From an uncultured Thermoplasmata archaeon (GTDB taxonomy: Archaea; Thermoplasmatota; Thermoplasmata; UBA10834): a DNA stretch of 64,000 nt. The stretch lies in NCBI GenBank assembly GCA_963748615.1, contig CAVVJQ010000002.1:259240-323239 (forward strand), in the 5' to 3' direction. How positions within the stretch are numbered: the first letter of the stretch is position 1; each line of letters starts with the position of its first letter. The translations under genes and the position numbers were made by a program. Shown piece after piece: positions 28,436 to 36,553 of this stretch. A model generated the notes under the pieces. It saw only the letters and a program-made list of their open reading frames with translations, was not told where the DNA came from and searched no databases.

Positions 28436-29110
28436 TTACCTCAGACCTGCCTGGACCGCCAATCCCTCGTCGGTGATATCGATCAACTGTCTTCCCGTCG
28501 TGTGCTTGGTCCCCCTCATCTTCAAGACTTCGAGGAATTTCCGTCTTACCTTTTCTTCCTCGGGATAGGAGAGCATCACGACCCCGTCGACCATGTAGGA
28601 TTCCTGGCTGTGTGAGATATCGTCATAGGACAGCTCCGCAGTGATGATCGCAAGAGACTCGAACGCTTTCAGGTAGGCGAACAGTTCGTGCATGAACTCC
28701 CTCGTCTCGCCACGCCACTGCAGCATGTCAGTCATCGGAGTGATAGGATCGATCACAATCCTGGCAGGATGGTGTTGCTCGATCTGCTTCTTGATGGTGC
28801 CTAGCATGTCGCTCGGGTTCTTCATAAGCGTCGGTCCGATATCGATGAAGTTCACGATCCCCCTCTCCACCAGTTGCTGGTCGTAGAAGGAGAACGATGA
28901 AAGGAACTTCTGCACGAGCCATTGCGGCTCGGATATCGCAGTTATGTACAAACCCTTCTCGCCCTCGCGGGCACCGTGGAACAGACTCTGGACCGCGAGA
29001 GTTGTCTTTCCAGTACCTGGCTCACCAGCCACCAGAACGGCGGATGGGAACGGGAAACCTCCTTGGAGCATTCCATCCAGGCCGGGTATCCCAGAGGTCT
29101 TCCGGGACAT
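28436..29110 (-). CDS. KaiC-like single-domain RecA-superfamily ATPase
   Basis: 224 aa. GIPGLDGMLQGGFPFPSAVLVAGEPGTGKTTLAVQ (Walker A) and ARIVIDPIT (Walker B). The ATG directly abuts the stop of the V4R gene. Confidence 0.8.
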   Translation of the reverse strand: MSRKTSGIPGLDGMLQGGFPFPSAVLVAGEPGTGKTTLAVQSLFHGAREGEKGLYITAISEPQWLVQKFLSSFSFYDQQLVERGIVNFIDIGPTLMKNPSDMLGTIKKQIEQHHPARIVIDPITPMTDMLQWRGETREFMHELFAYLKAFESLAIITAELSYDDISHSQESYMVDGVVMLSYPEEEKVRRKFLEVLKMRGTKHTTGRQLIDITDEGLAVQAGLR

Positions 29111-29527
29111 CTAAAGCACCTCTGTATCTACGATGAAGACGCATTTCTCGTCTCCCTTGGAGACGCATTTCCTCTCGTGACAATAAACATCCTTGCCCGT
29201 GCGTTCCTCGAACACCTTCGCAAGTATGCCTCGGAGCATATGACAGGTCGGCACATCGGCGTTGTGCACCTCGATAGAGCCCGATACGGACACGGTATCG
29301 CCCTCGAAGACCAGGTCGATCGCCCAGCCGTCCTTGATCAAGACTTCTCGGATTCTGCCCAAGTCAGTACCCGTCGTCTTGACGATACGGTTTCCCATTA
29401 TCCGTCCACTTCTGTAGAACATTCCGTGGGATGCAAAAGTCATAACTGTTTCGTAAAGTCGCTTGATCTCTACGAGCTCCTCCTTACGCATCTTGATGGC
29501 GCGGTCTGGTTGCTCCATGATATTCAC
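29111..29527 (-). CDS. V4R (4-vinyl reductase) domain protein
   Basis: 138 aa. C-terminal CHMLRGILAKVFEERTGKDVYCHERKCVSKGDEKCVFIV is the conserved Cys pattern of V4R small-molecule-binding domains. Confidence 0.75.
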   Translation of the reverse strand: MNIMEQPDRAIKMRKEELVEIKRLYETVMTFASHGMFYRSGRIMGNRIVKTTGTDLGRIREVLIKDGWAIDLVFEGDTVSVSGSIEVHNADVPTCHMLRGILAKVFEERTGKDVYCHERKCVSKGDEKCVFIVDTEVL

Positions 29528-29654
29528 CTACACCGGGGGTTCCATCTATCAATGAGTCGGGACTTATAACTTTTGGTTGACACTGCCAGTTCTCGATGAT
29601 GCGCTTCGCTCACTCCAGGAGAGGTTAATCTACCACCAGAAGATATCTGGGGCT

Positions 29655-30194
29655 GTGTTGGAAGTAGAGAGCAAGTACGTGTCACCGGGCAATGACAAGA
29701 TCGAGAAGACCCTTCAGAGGATCGGGGCGGTCAAGATTTCGGAGGATGAGATGGAAGATATCTATTATCGTCATCCTGTCAGGGATTTTGGCAAGACGGA
29801 CGAAGCCCTCCGGTTGCGGAAGACAGGAGACTCCGTTGAACTGACATACAAGGGTCCGAGGATGCATATGCAACACACCAAGGCGAGGGAGGAAATCACG
29901 ATGAAGATGGATAACTCCCTCGCAATACAGAGAATCGTGGAAAGGCTCGGGTTCGCGGAATTCATGACCATCAAGAAGAGGCGCGTGAATTACATCTATG
30001 ACAAGATAATGATCGCCGTGGACGACGTCGATGGTCTCGGGGAGTATGTGGAGCTCGAGCTCATCACCGAAGAACCGAAGAGGGCGGAGAGGTTGATAGA
30101 GCAGCTCCGATCCGAACTGGCGCTATCGATGCTTGAGCCACGGACATATCTCGAGCTGACACTTCAGAAAACCAATGACCAGGACTCTCGGTGA
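29655..30194 (+). CDS. CYTH-domain protein (CyaB-like class IV adenylyl cyclase / triphosphate tunnel metalloenzyme)
   Basis: ExExK signature (VLEVESKY), ALRLRK and GEYVELEL motifs. The ORF opens at TTG 29577. GTG 29655 gives the usual ~179 aa and lies downstream of a TATA-like CTTATAAC at about 29563. Confidence 0.75.
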   Translation: MLEVESKYVSPGNDKIEKTLQRIGAVKISEDEMEDIYYRHPVRDFGKTDEALRLRKTGDSVELTYKGPRMHMQHTKAREEITMKMDNSLAIQRIVERLGFAEFMTIKKRRVNYIYDKIMIAVDDVDGLGEYVELELITEEPKRAERLIEQLRSELALSMLEPRTYLELTLQKTNDQDSR

Positions 30195-30266
30195 CCCTGG
30201 GAACGAGGAATTCGCCCTCGTTGATCAACTGCAGATTGACGCGAACCTGTTCGATTGACGGAGGGT

Positions 30267-30515
30267 TCAGAGCTTGTTTATCTTCTCCGTCACGAAGGTC
30301 TTGATCTCGGGTTCGTCCGGGATGGTGATCGATTTCTTGTATTTCTCGCTACCATCCGGAAGGAAGTAACCCCTGGACACAGAGATGAACTCACTGTCGC
30401 CCTCATCGGTTATCGCCTTCTTTCGCGCGACTTCCAAGAAATTGTTCTTTCCAAAAGGAATCTTCTCAGCGCTCAACGTCTCAAAACGGACCTTTGCTCC
30501 CTTCTCATCATCCAT
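30267..30515 (-). CDS. Small protein with a PC4/YdbC-like ssDNA-binding sequence pattern (tentative)
   Basis: 82 aa. FGKNNFLEVARKK...FISVSRGYFLPDGSEKYKKSITIPDEPEIKTF parallels the PC4 C-terminal domain pattern (GK..yvsv....g..lidiReyw.d.....p.kKGIsL). Coding status is likely, function tentative. Confidence 0.6.
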   Translation of the reverse strand: MDDEKGAKVRFETLSAEKIPFGKNNFLEVARKKAITDEGDSEFISVSRGYFLPDGSEKYKKSITIPDEPEIKTFVTEKINKL

Positions 30516-30712
30516 TTGGTTGCCTCCGTTATGTGGGCGGCAGTGAAAACACTGTTCCAGTCATATAAACGTTGGTGGGAGATACAGGGCACCGTACATG
30601 TTTATGCACAACGATGTGGTTCGAATTCCGTATCCATGAAATTGTTCCAGACTCTGCTGACTGTCAGTGAATACACAAATCATAATATAGTGACGAGCAG
30701 GTTGGTTCGATC

Positions 30713-32074
30713 GTGTCAGAGGAGCCACGGCCAGCAGACCGGAATACGACTGGCGAGTACTGCACATTATGCGGCGCATGGATACCGCCGACAGGTGATT
30801 TCTGCCCCAGATGCGGGGCAATAAGGGCGTCTTTAAGAACTTCGGACCCGAGCGTATCACCGTTCCCCATGGCAAGAACTGCCCCCGCGAGGGCAGGGCC
30901 GTCGTGGCGAAGACTCTTCAAAACAGGGTCGGCATATTCGATGGTTACATTGCTGGCCCAGTTCGTCCTCTCCCTTATCACCCTGATATATGGAATAACG
31001 ATAGTGCTTCCGGAGATCACCAAACACTCGTTCTCAATGATAATCATCACACCAACCCTGGTCGAGATAGGCAGGATATCCGGCGATGCGCTGGGTGTGT
31101 ACTATCTACTCATCGTCGCGGCGATCTTGATGAGCGCCATCTGGCTGTTCGTGACCAGCGCAAGGTCTTTCAGGAAGGAACTGGGCATGAAGGCCGAGTC
31201 CAGGAAGCATAGCGCGATTTTCGATCTCTGTGGACTGATGTTCGCAGTGTTCTTCCTGAACTTGGTCGTGGTGCTTGTGGTGGGGATGTTCGGCAACGAG
31301 CCGACTTCGCCCATCGAGGACACGGACCTATGGGAACTCCTATTCCTGTTAGCCAATGCATCTGTCTGGGAAGAACTCATAGTCCGCGTGCTCATGATCG
31401 GCCTGCCATTGATAGGCATCGATCTCATCAGACGCTCGTTCAGCGGAAGAGCGCTGCCGTACAGACCCCGTAAGTATGTTCTAGGCGGAGGGATAAGCAT
31501 CGGAATCCCGGAAGCAGCCCTCCTGATATTCTCATCCGTCATGTTTGGCATGGGGCACTACGAAGGATGGGGTGCATGGAAAGTGTTCCCCGCGGCGATG
31601 GCTGGACTCGCATTCGGATACATGTTCCTGAAGCATGGGCTCGCCGCCTCGATCATGCTCCATTTCGGATTCGACTACCTCTCGCTCCCGTCCGAGGTCT
31701 TCGCGGGGGCATCCCTGGGCATACTCTTGTTCCTGGGCGTAGCGATTCTTCTATGGGTCGGGATGGGAAGCGTATTCTTCGGATACTACTTGACGCGCAT
31801 GGCGGAATTCGTCACCAAGCGCAAGTACTTCGAGGACCGCCCCGCACCCCAACCCGTGCAATATACCTATTCTTACAGTGGGCGGATTACGCAACCGTCC
31901 GGAGGGATTCCACCGTCGACGATGAGTCCTGACCACAGCCGACGCGAACCTGCGACGACGCAAAACGCAATACCAGGGTTCGGAGCAGTGTTCATATGCC
32001 CTGTATGCGGCAGCACGCAGGCGAGATGGCTCGATGGACGGTTCCAATGCCTCAGATGCGGATCGCTACTGTAG
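30713..32074 (+). CDS. CPBP-family intramembrane glutamic endopeptidase with N- and C-terminal zinc ribbons
   Basis: WEELIVR (EExxxR), FGMGH and HFGFD motifs. N-terminal CTLCGAWIPPTGDFCPRCG and C-terminal CPVCGSTQARWLDGRFQCLRCG. GTG start 24 nt after ATAATATA. Confidence 0.75.
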   Translation: MSEEPRPADRNTTGEYCTLCGAWIPPTGDFCPRCGAIRASLRTSDPSVSPFPMARTAPARAGPSWRRLFKTGSAYSMVTLLAQFVLSLITLIYGITIVLPEITKHSFSMIIITPTLVEIGRISGDALGVYYLLIVAAILMSAIWLFVTSARSFRKELGMKAESRKHSAIFDLCGLMFAVFFLNLVVVLVVGMFGNEPTSPIEDTDLWELLFLLANASVWEELIVRVLMIGLPLIGIDLIRRSFSGRALPYRPRKYVLGGGISIGIPEAALLIFSSVMFGMGHYEGWGAWKVFPAAMAGLAFGYMFLKHGLAASIMLHFGFDYLSLPSEVFAGASLGILLFLGVAILLWVGMGSVFFGYYLTRMAEFVTKRKYFEDRPAPQPVQYTYSYSGRITQPSGGIPPSTMSPDHSRREPATTQNAIPGFGAVFICPVCGSTQARWLDGRFQCLRCGSLL

Positions 32075-32824
32075 TCGATCCTCCAATATCCTCTTGCTCT
32101 CGACCCCTTCATCGAAGCCGGTCGACTCGATGATCAGATTGCCGTCATAAGAATCCTTCAAGGCTTTCAAAACCACATCGAGGTCGGCGGTGCCATCATC
32201 GACCCTGTTGTGTTGATCCCATTGACCTTCGTTGTTGTGAAGATGGACGTTTCTGAATTCCGATCTGTGCCTCAGCATCTCATCGAGCTGGTTCGAGGTG
32301 TTCGCGTGCCCCATGTCGAAGCATAGACCGACGTCGGTCCCCTGGACCGCTTCGACCAGATCTGTCGCGGCTGTGCATGTCGCGTTGATGTTCGCAGGCA
32401 TGTTCTCGAGAGCCAGTTGAACTGAATTATCCCTGGCGAAAGGCGCCAACTCACGAACCGACCGCTTTGTGGCCTCGAACACCTTCGGTCTGTCCAAGAA
32501 GGCGATGCCGTTCACGAAACCTGGGTGGATGGTCACGAGTCTGATATCCAGTTCTCTGCAGACCGAGATGACGCTTCGTATCTCCTTCAATGCTGCCTGC
32601 CTCATCGGTTCGTAGACACTACCGATGTTCACATCTGTCATCGGCGCGTGGATCTGGAACTTCATATCCAATGAATCTCGACCGTATAGTATTCCATTCT
32701 TGGCCACACTCAGATGATGTTCGCCTTCCGGGAGTATTTCCCAGAGCGAGAAGTGTTTCGAGATGGTCGCCAACATCTCATCGAACGGTTTTGCGCAGAA
32801 AGCGGGGGAGGCGATGCCTATCAC
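32066..32824 (-). CDS. Sugar phosphate isomerase/epimerase (xylose isomerase-like TIM barrel)
   Basis: 252 aa. IHAPM...VTIHPG...LALENM...CFDMGHAN pattern of the AP endonuclease 2/TIM-barrel family. Confidence 0.8.
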   Translation of the reverse strand: MIGIASPAFCAKPFDEMLATISKHFSLWEILPEGEHHLSVAKNGILYGRDSLDMKFQIHAPMTDVNIGSVYEPMRQAALKEIRSVISVCRELDIRLVTIHPGFVNGIAFLDRPKVFEATKRSVRELAPFARDNSVQLALENMPANINATCTAATDLVEAVQGTDVGLCFDMGHANTSNQLDEMLRHRSEFRNVHLHNNEGQWDQHNRVDDGTADLDVVLKALKDSYDGNLIIESTGFDEGVESKRILEDRLQ

Positions 32825-32826
32825 TC

Positions 32827-33198
32827 TTATCCCCCCTTTACCGAGAGCGGAGCGATCGAATCAATGAGCCCTTCTGGATCCTCGCACGTGATCTCGACCA
32901 TGATGTCCCCCAATGGATGGCTCTCTTCAGAGAAAGAGATCTTACCTATGGTTGCTACCTGTTTATTGAGATTGAAGCGTATGGAACCAGGCATCATACC
33001 CCTCCTAAGTGCAGATCGAGCCGCTGATCGTATCCTCTGTTTCTGCAACAGCTCGTTGAAGTGCTCCAAGGATGGGATTTTCGCTATGATCTCATCATCA
33101 CCATCGATGACTGCGTCGGGGAAAAGGGAGAGAATCGCCTGAATCACCTTCGACCGGTCCTCAGTGGGATAGCATCTGGCCACTGCCCTTGCATCCAT
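32827..33198 (-). CDS. UPF0201-family protein (COG1931-like)
   Basis: 123 aa. CYPTEDRSKVIQAILSLFPDA resembles the conserved PTED..KV..AI.NLF start of archaeal UPF0201 proteins. TTAAATAT box ends 25 nt upstream of the ATG. Confidence 0.55.
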   Translation of the reverse strand: MDARAVARCYPTEDRSKVIQAILSLFPDAVIDGDDEIIAKIPSLEHFNELLQKQRIRSAARSALRRGMMPGSIRFNLNKQVATIGKISFSEESHPLGDIMVEITCEDPEGLIDSIAPLSVKGG

Positions 33199-33333
33199 GA
33201 TATGTTGACCATGCTCGAAAAGATATTTAATCTTGCGTTCTCGCGACGTAAAACCAAGCCAGTCGGAGCGTTCCCATGACCCGTCTCGTCCGTTCCCACA
33301 AACCCCTTTCTTTTTTTGCCCTTATGGCTTTTT

Positions 33334-33420
33334 CTCTGGGATTCAATTCGAAGGGGATTTGAACCCTGCATTAGGCGGTCCCCCTTTTCTGATTTCAATC
33401 AAGAGGGAGAATTGCCAGAG
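33334..33420 (-). ncRNA. Candidate structured RNA of unknown class, with a T-loop-like element
   Basis: On the minus strand, CTCTGGCAATTC pairs with GAATTG(AATC)CCAGAG. This encloses UCCCUCUU/AAGGGGGA and a GGGUUCAAAUCCC hairpin (plus-strand 33354-33366). No canonical cloverleaf could be built. Confidence 0.25.
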
Positions 33421-33518
33421 TTACACCCTTTGCTAGCCCCTATCCTGCGATAGGCAATCGTCTAGCGCTCAGATCCGTTTGTCAACTTTCGCAGATTGAG
33501 GACGATTCATCAGAGATG

Positions 33519-33526
33519 TAATATAG
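33519..33526 (+). promoter_or_regulatory. TATA box for the beta-propeller gene
   Basis: TAATATAG ends 25 nt upstream of the GTG at 33551. Confidence 0.4.
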
Positions 33527-33550
33527 TCCATCTGTTGTCCGTGAGGCAAG

Positions 33551-34897
33551 GTGGAATCGGTGAGGATTGGCGCTTCTGCTATTGGAGTCGCGGCAATTGC
33601 TCTTGTACTTCTGATAGTATCATCTGTCTTCATCGGTGCGGCTATCATTGCCTATGATTCTGAATGGGGGGGGATGGAAGACAGATGGGTGTATCGCAAT
33701 CTCGATTCTTACGGGAACGAGCGGGAGCTGAGCTGGGGATGCTATTTCGATAGCAGGGGCAATCTAATCCTGGATGATTGGACAGGCTTCTTGGCCATCG
33801 ATGCGAATGGTACGCTCCTGTGGAGGGCAGATACAAATGCGCGCCCGCAAATTGTGGAAGGGCCTGATGGAGGATACTACTACCAGGATTGGGATACAAG
33901 CAGTCCTTCTATGGCAGCGTGGTCCAACATCACGGCACTTGATGCCAACGGTGAATTCAAATGGAGTTTCGTGACGCCAAATGGCACCTTGGAACTGTGG
34001 GGGATCTACCCTGATGGTCGAGTGATTGCGTATCACCACGATAATGAGTACAACTACATCTCCGATGAGTGGGTGGTCACTGTCGACCGAATAATAGCTA
34101 TCTCGAGCACAGGCTCGGAGGTCTGGAGCATGGACGTGCCAATCACCGACACGATTTGGACAAACCAGAGAGTGGCCGAGAATGGCACATTCGAGATGAT
34201 TGGATTTCAAGACTACAGCAGCTACCTGGTGGGTATTACCAAGGACGGGATTCTAGCCTACATAGAGGAGGGAGATTACTACAATTACCCTCCATATCGC
34301 CCACTGAGCTCAGACGGGACAAGAATGTATGAGGTGAGGAAGGAGGTTATCGACAATGAGACCACCGCAATCAGTGTCTATGCACTAAGCCTATTGAATG
34401 GCTCTATAGAGTGGAAAACACTCCTGCATTACTCCGACAATCCTGATCATCTCTCACCGGGGAGCTATCAACTCTCACTAGCCATAGTAGATGTCGGGGG
34501 CAAGCTCTTCTGCGATGATGTCGACAACAGATACTCTTATTCATTGGATCCTAGCGGGGCAATACTCTGGGTGAAACCTTTCCTCGGCATTATGGTGGAT
34601 AGATTCCATTCAGGAGGTCTGCTGGCCAAGGATGATTCCTCAATAAAGAGGATCAATTCTGATGGGGCCGTTGCTTGGAGACATCGCGCTGATCTAGATG
34701 GTTACAGCTTCGTTTGCTTGAGTAGTGATGAAACTGTCTACTATAGCTGCGGGGCAGAAGTACATGCTCTCATACCATCCTCGGAGCCGGATAGGACCGA
34801 AATCTCCCTGATTATACTTGTCGTTGTGAATAGCGTCGCGGTCGCTTCGTACGGTCTTGTCCGCATACTGAAATACAGACAAGCGAAAGGGAGTTGA
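33551..34897 (+). CDS. PQQ-like beta-propeller repeat protein with N- and C-terminal TM anchors
   Basis: 448 aa. Repeated xDxxGxxxW units (IDANGTLLWRAD, LDANGEFKWSF, STGSEVWSMD, LNGSIEWKTL, DPSGAILWVKP, NSDGAVAWRHR). Hydrophobic N-terminus, and a C-terminal TM followed by a basic tail. Confidence 0.7.
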   Translation: MESVRIGASAIGVAAIALVLLIVSSVFIGAAIIAYDSEWGGMEDRWVYRNLDSYGNERELSWGCYFDSRGNLILDDWTGFLAIDANGTLLWRADTNARPQIVEGPDGGYYYQDWDTSSPSMAAWSNITALDANGEFKWSFVTPNGTLELWGIYPDGRVIAYHHDNEYNYISDEWVVTVDRIIAISSTGSEVWSMDVPITDTIWTNQRVAENGTFEMIGFQDYSSYLVGITKDGILAYIEEGDYYNYPPYRPLSSDGTRMYEVRKEVIDNETTAISVYALSLLNGSIEWKTLLHYSDNPDHLSPGSYQLSLAIVDVGGKLFCDDVDNRYSYSLDPSGAILWVKPFLGIMVDRFHSGGLLAKDDSSIKRINSDGAVAWRHRADLDGYSFVCLSSDETVYYSCGAEVHALIPSSEPDRTEISLIILVVVNSVAVASYGLVRILKYRQAKGS

Positions 34898-35050
34898 GTC
34901 CCTCATTCCTCACGACATATAATCTAGAGTCTGCTTTCCAGATTACTGTCGTTATCGCGATTCTTCCTGTAATCTTTCATCCGAGAAGTTCAACGACACC
35001 GTTCTGCTGACTGAAAGATATTTAAAGACGTCCGCGCTAGGTTTGCCGAG

Positions 35051-36505
35051 ATGAAGAAGCGCATTTTGAAGCTGCTGACCGAAGGCGGGATACTCGTCGA
35101 CCCGGCAGCGGTGGATCTGTTATGCACATTGCCGGATCCGATCGGTTGCGCGAAACACATCTTGAAGGACCCGGACAATCGACCACTCATACTCTCAAAG
35201 GAAGATGTCGAGCAATATGCCAGGTGTGTGACCGAGAAGACGAGCGTCAAACCCCGGAAGATGGCGGAACCCAAGAAGGCGGCTGTTATCGAAGAACCCG
35301 TGAAGAAGGATGCTGTCGTCATCGTAAGGGACATCACCGGCGATTCGACTTGTGTCGGCAATGTGATCGACTTCGCGAAGCTGTTCAACGATCGTTACAC
35401 CACTATACGTAAGATGCTCTATAGAAGAAGGGAACTCGCGGGCATCGTCTCGATATCCAGAGCTAAGAAGGTTCAGCGAGACATCAAGATAGTGGGAATG
35501 GTCAACGAGATAAGGACTACCAAGAACGGACATACTCTCCTGGAACTCGAGGACGAAGCGGACAAGATCCAGATACTCATCATGAAGGGGTCTCGGAAGA
35601 TCAAGGAGGCGTTCCTCAAGGACGAGGTGGTCGGCGTGATCGGCTCGTTCAGCAAAGATGGCGAGATAATAATCGCGAAGGAGATCATCAGGCCGGACGT
35701 CCCCATGAACAGTGCGATGATCCCGAACGGTTCGGATTCGGTCGTTGCTTTCGTCTCGGACATCCACGTCGGCAGCGACACATTCCTGCCAGAGAAATGG
35801 AACAGGTTCCTCGAATGGTTGAACAAGGATCCGTCGGCGAAGAAGATAAGATACATGGTGATGCCAGGAGACCTCGTCGATGGCATCGGGATATACCCGG
35901 GTCAGGAGGACGAACTCCTCATAGAGGATGTCTTTGCGCAATATGAGGCGTTGTCGAAATTGATCGAACCGATTCCAGACTGGATCAAGATCGTGATGAT
36001 GCCGGGCAACCATGACGCCGTCCGACTCGCCGAGCCTCAGCCGGCCCTGTCAAGGGAGATACAGAGCATATTCGATTCCAACGTGTTGTTCGCCGGGAAC
36101 CCATGCTATCTGGAGATAGAAGGACGTTTGATCCTGGCATATCATGGCCGAAGCATGGACGATTTCATAGCCAGTGTGCCCAGCCTATCCTATTCCGCAC
36201 CTTTGGAAGCGATGAAAGAGATGTTGAAGAGAAGGCATCTCGCTCCTGTGTACGGGGAGCGCACGGCAATCGCGCCCGAGCAGAAGGACTACATGATAAT
36301 CGACCAGGTGCCACACATATTCGTCACTGGCCATGTGCATTCGTGCGGCGTCTCGGAGTACAGGGGGATCAAACTGATCAACGCATCCACCTGGCAATCC
36401 CAGACGGAGTTCCAGAGGATGCACAACGTGGTCCCCGACCCCGCCAGAGTGCCCATGATAAACCTGGGAACGGGAGAATCGTGGATCGAGGATTTCTCGC
36501 ACTGA
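35051..36505 (+). CDS. polB: DNA polymerase II (PolD) small subunit DP1
   Basis: 484 aa. OB fold plus calcineurin-like phosphoesterase motifs DIHVGS, GDLVDG, GNHD and GHVH. Confidence 0.9.
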   Translation: MKKRILKLLTEGGILVDPAAVDLLCTLPDPIGCAKHILKDPDNRPLILSKEDVEQYARCVTEKTSVKPRKMAEPKKAAVIEEPVKKDAVVIVRDITGDSTCVGNVIDFAKLFNDRYTTIRKMLYRRRELAGIVSISRAKKVQRDIKIVGMVNEIRTTKNGHTLLELEDEADKIQILIMKGSRKIKEAFLKDEVVGVIGSFSKDGEIIIAKEIIRPDVPMNSAMIPNGSDSVVAFVSDIHVGSDTFLPEKWNRFLEWLNKDPSAKKIRYMVMPGDLVDGIGIYPGQEDELLIEDVFAQYEALSKLIEPIPDWIKIVMMPGNHDAVRLAEPQPALSREIQSIFDSNVLFAGNPCYLEIEGRLILAYHGRSMDDFIASVPSLSYSAPLEAMKEMLKRRHLAPVYGERTAIAPEQKDYMIIDQVPHIFVTGHVHSCGVSEYRGIKLINASTWQSQTEFQRMHNVVPDPARVPMINLGTGESWIEDFSH

Positions 36506-36553
36506 ACCTTTTATGAGAGTATAGTTGATATCGTGTGAACGGGATTGAGACTC

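Noticed and set aside
33334-33445. Calling the GGGTTCAAATCCC-containing segment a tRNA gene.
   Set aside because: Only a 3-bp T-stem forms. No complementary acceptor strands, D-arm or anticodon arm could be found on either strand, even allowing an intron. It is kept only as an unclassified RNA candidate.
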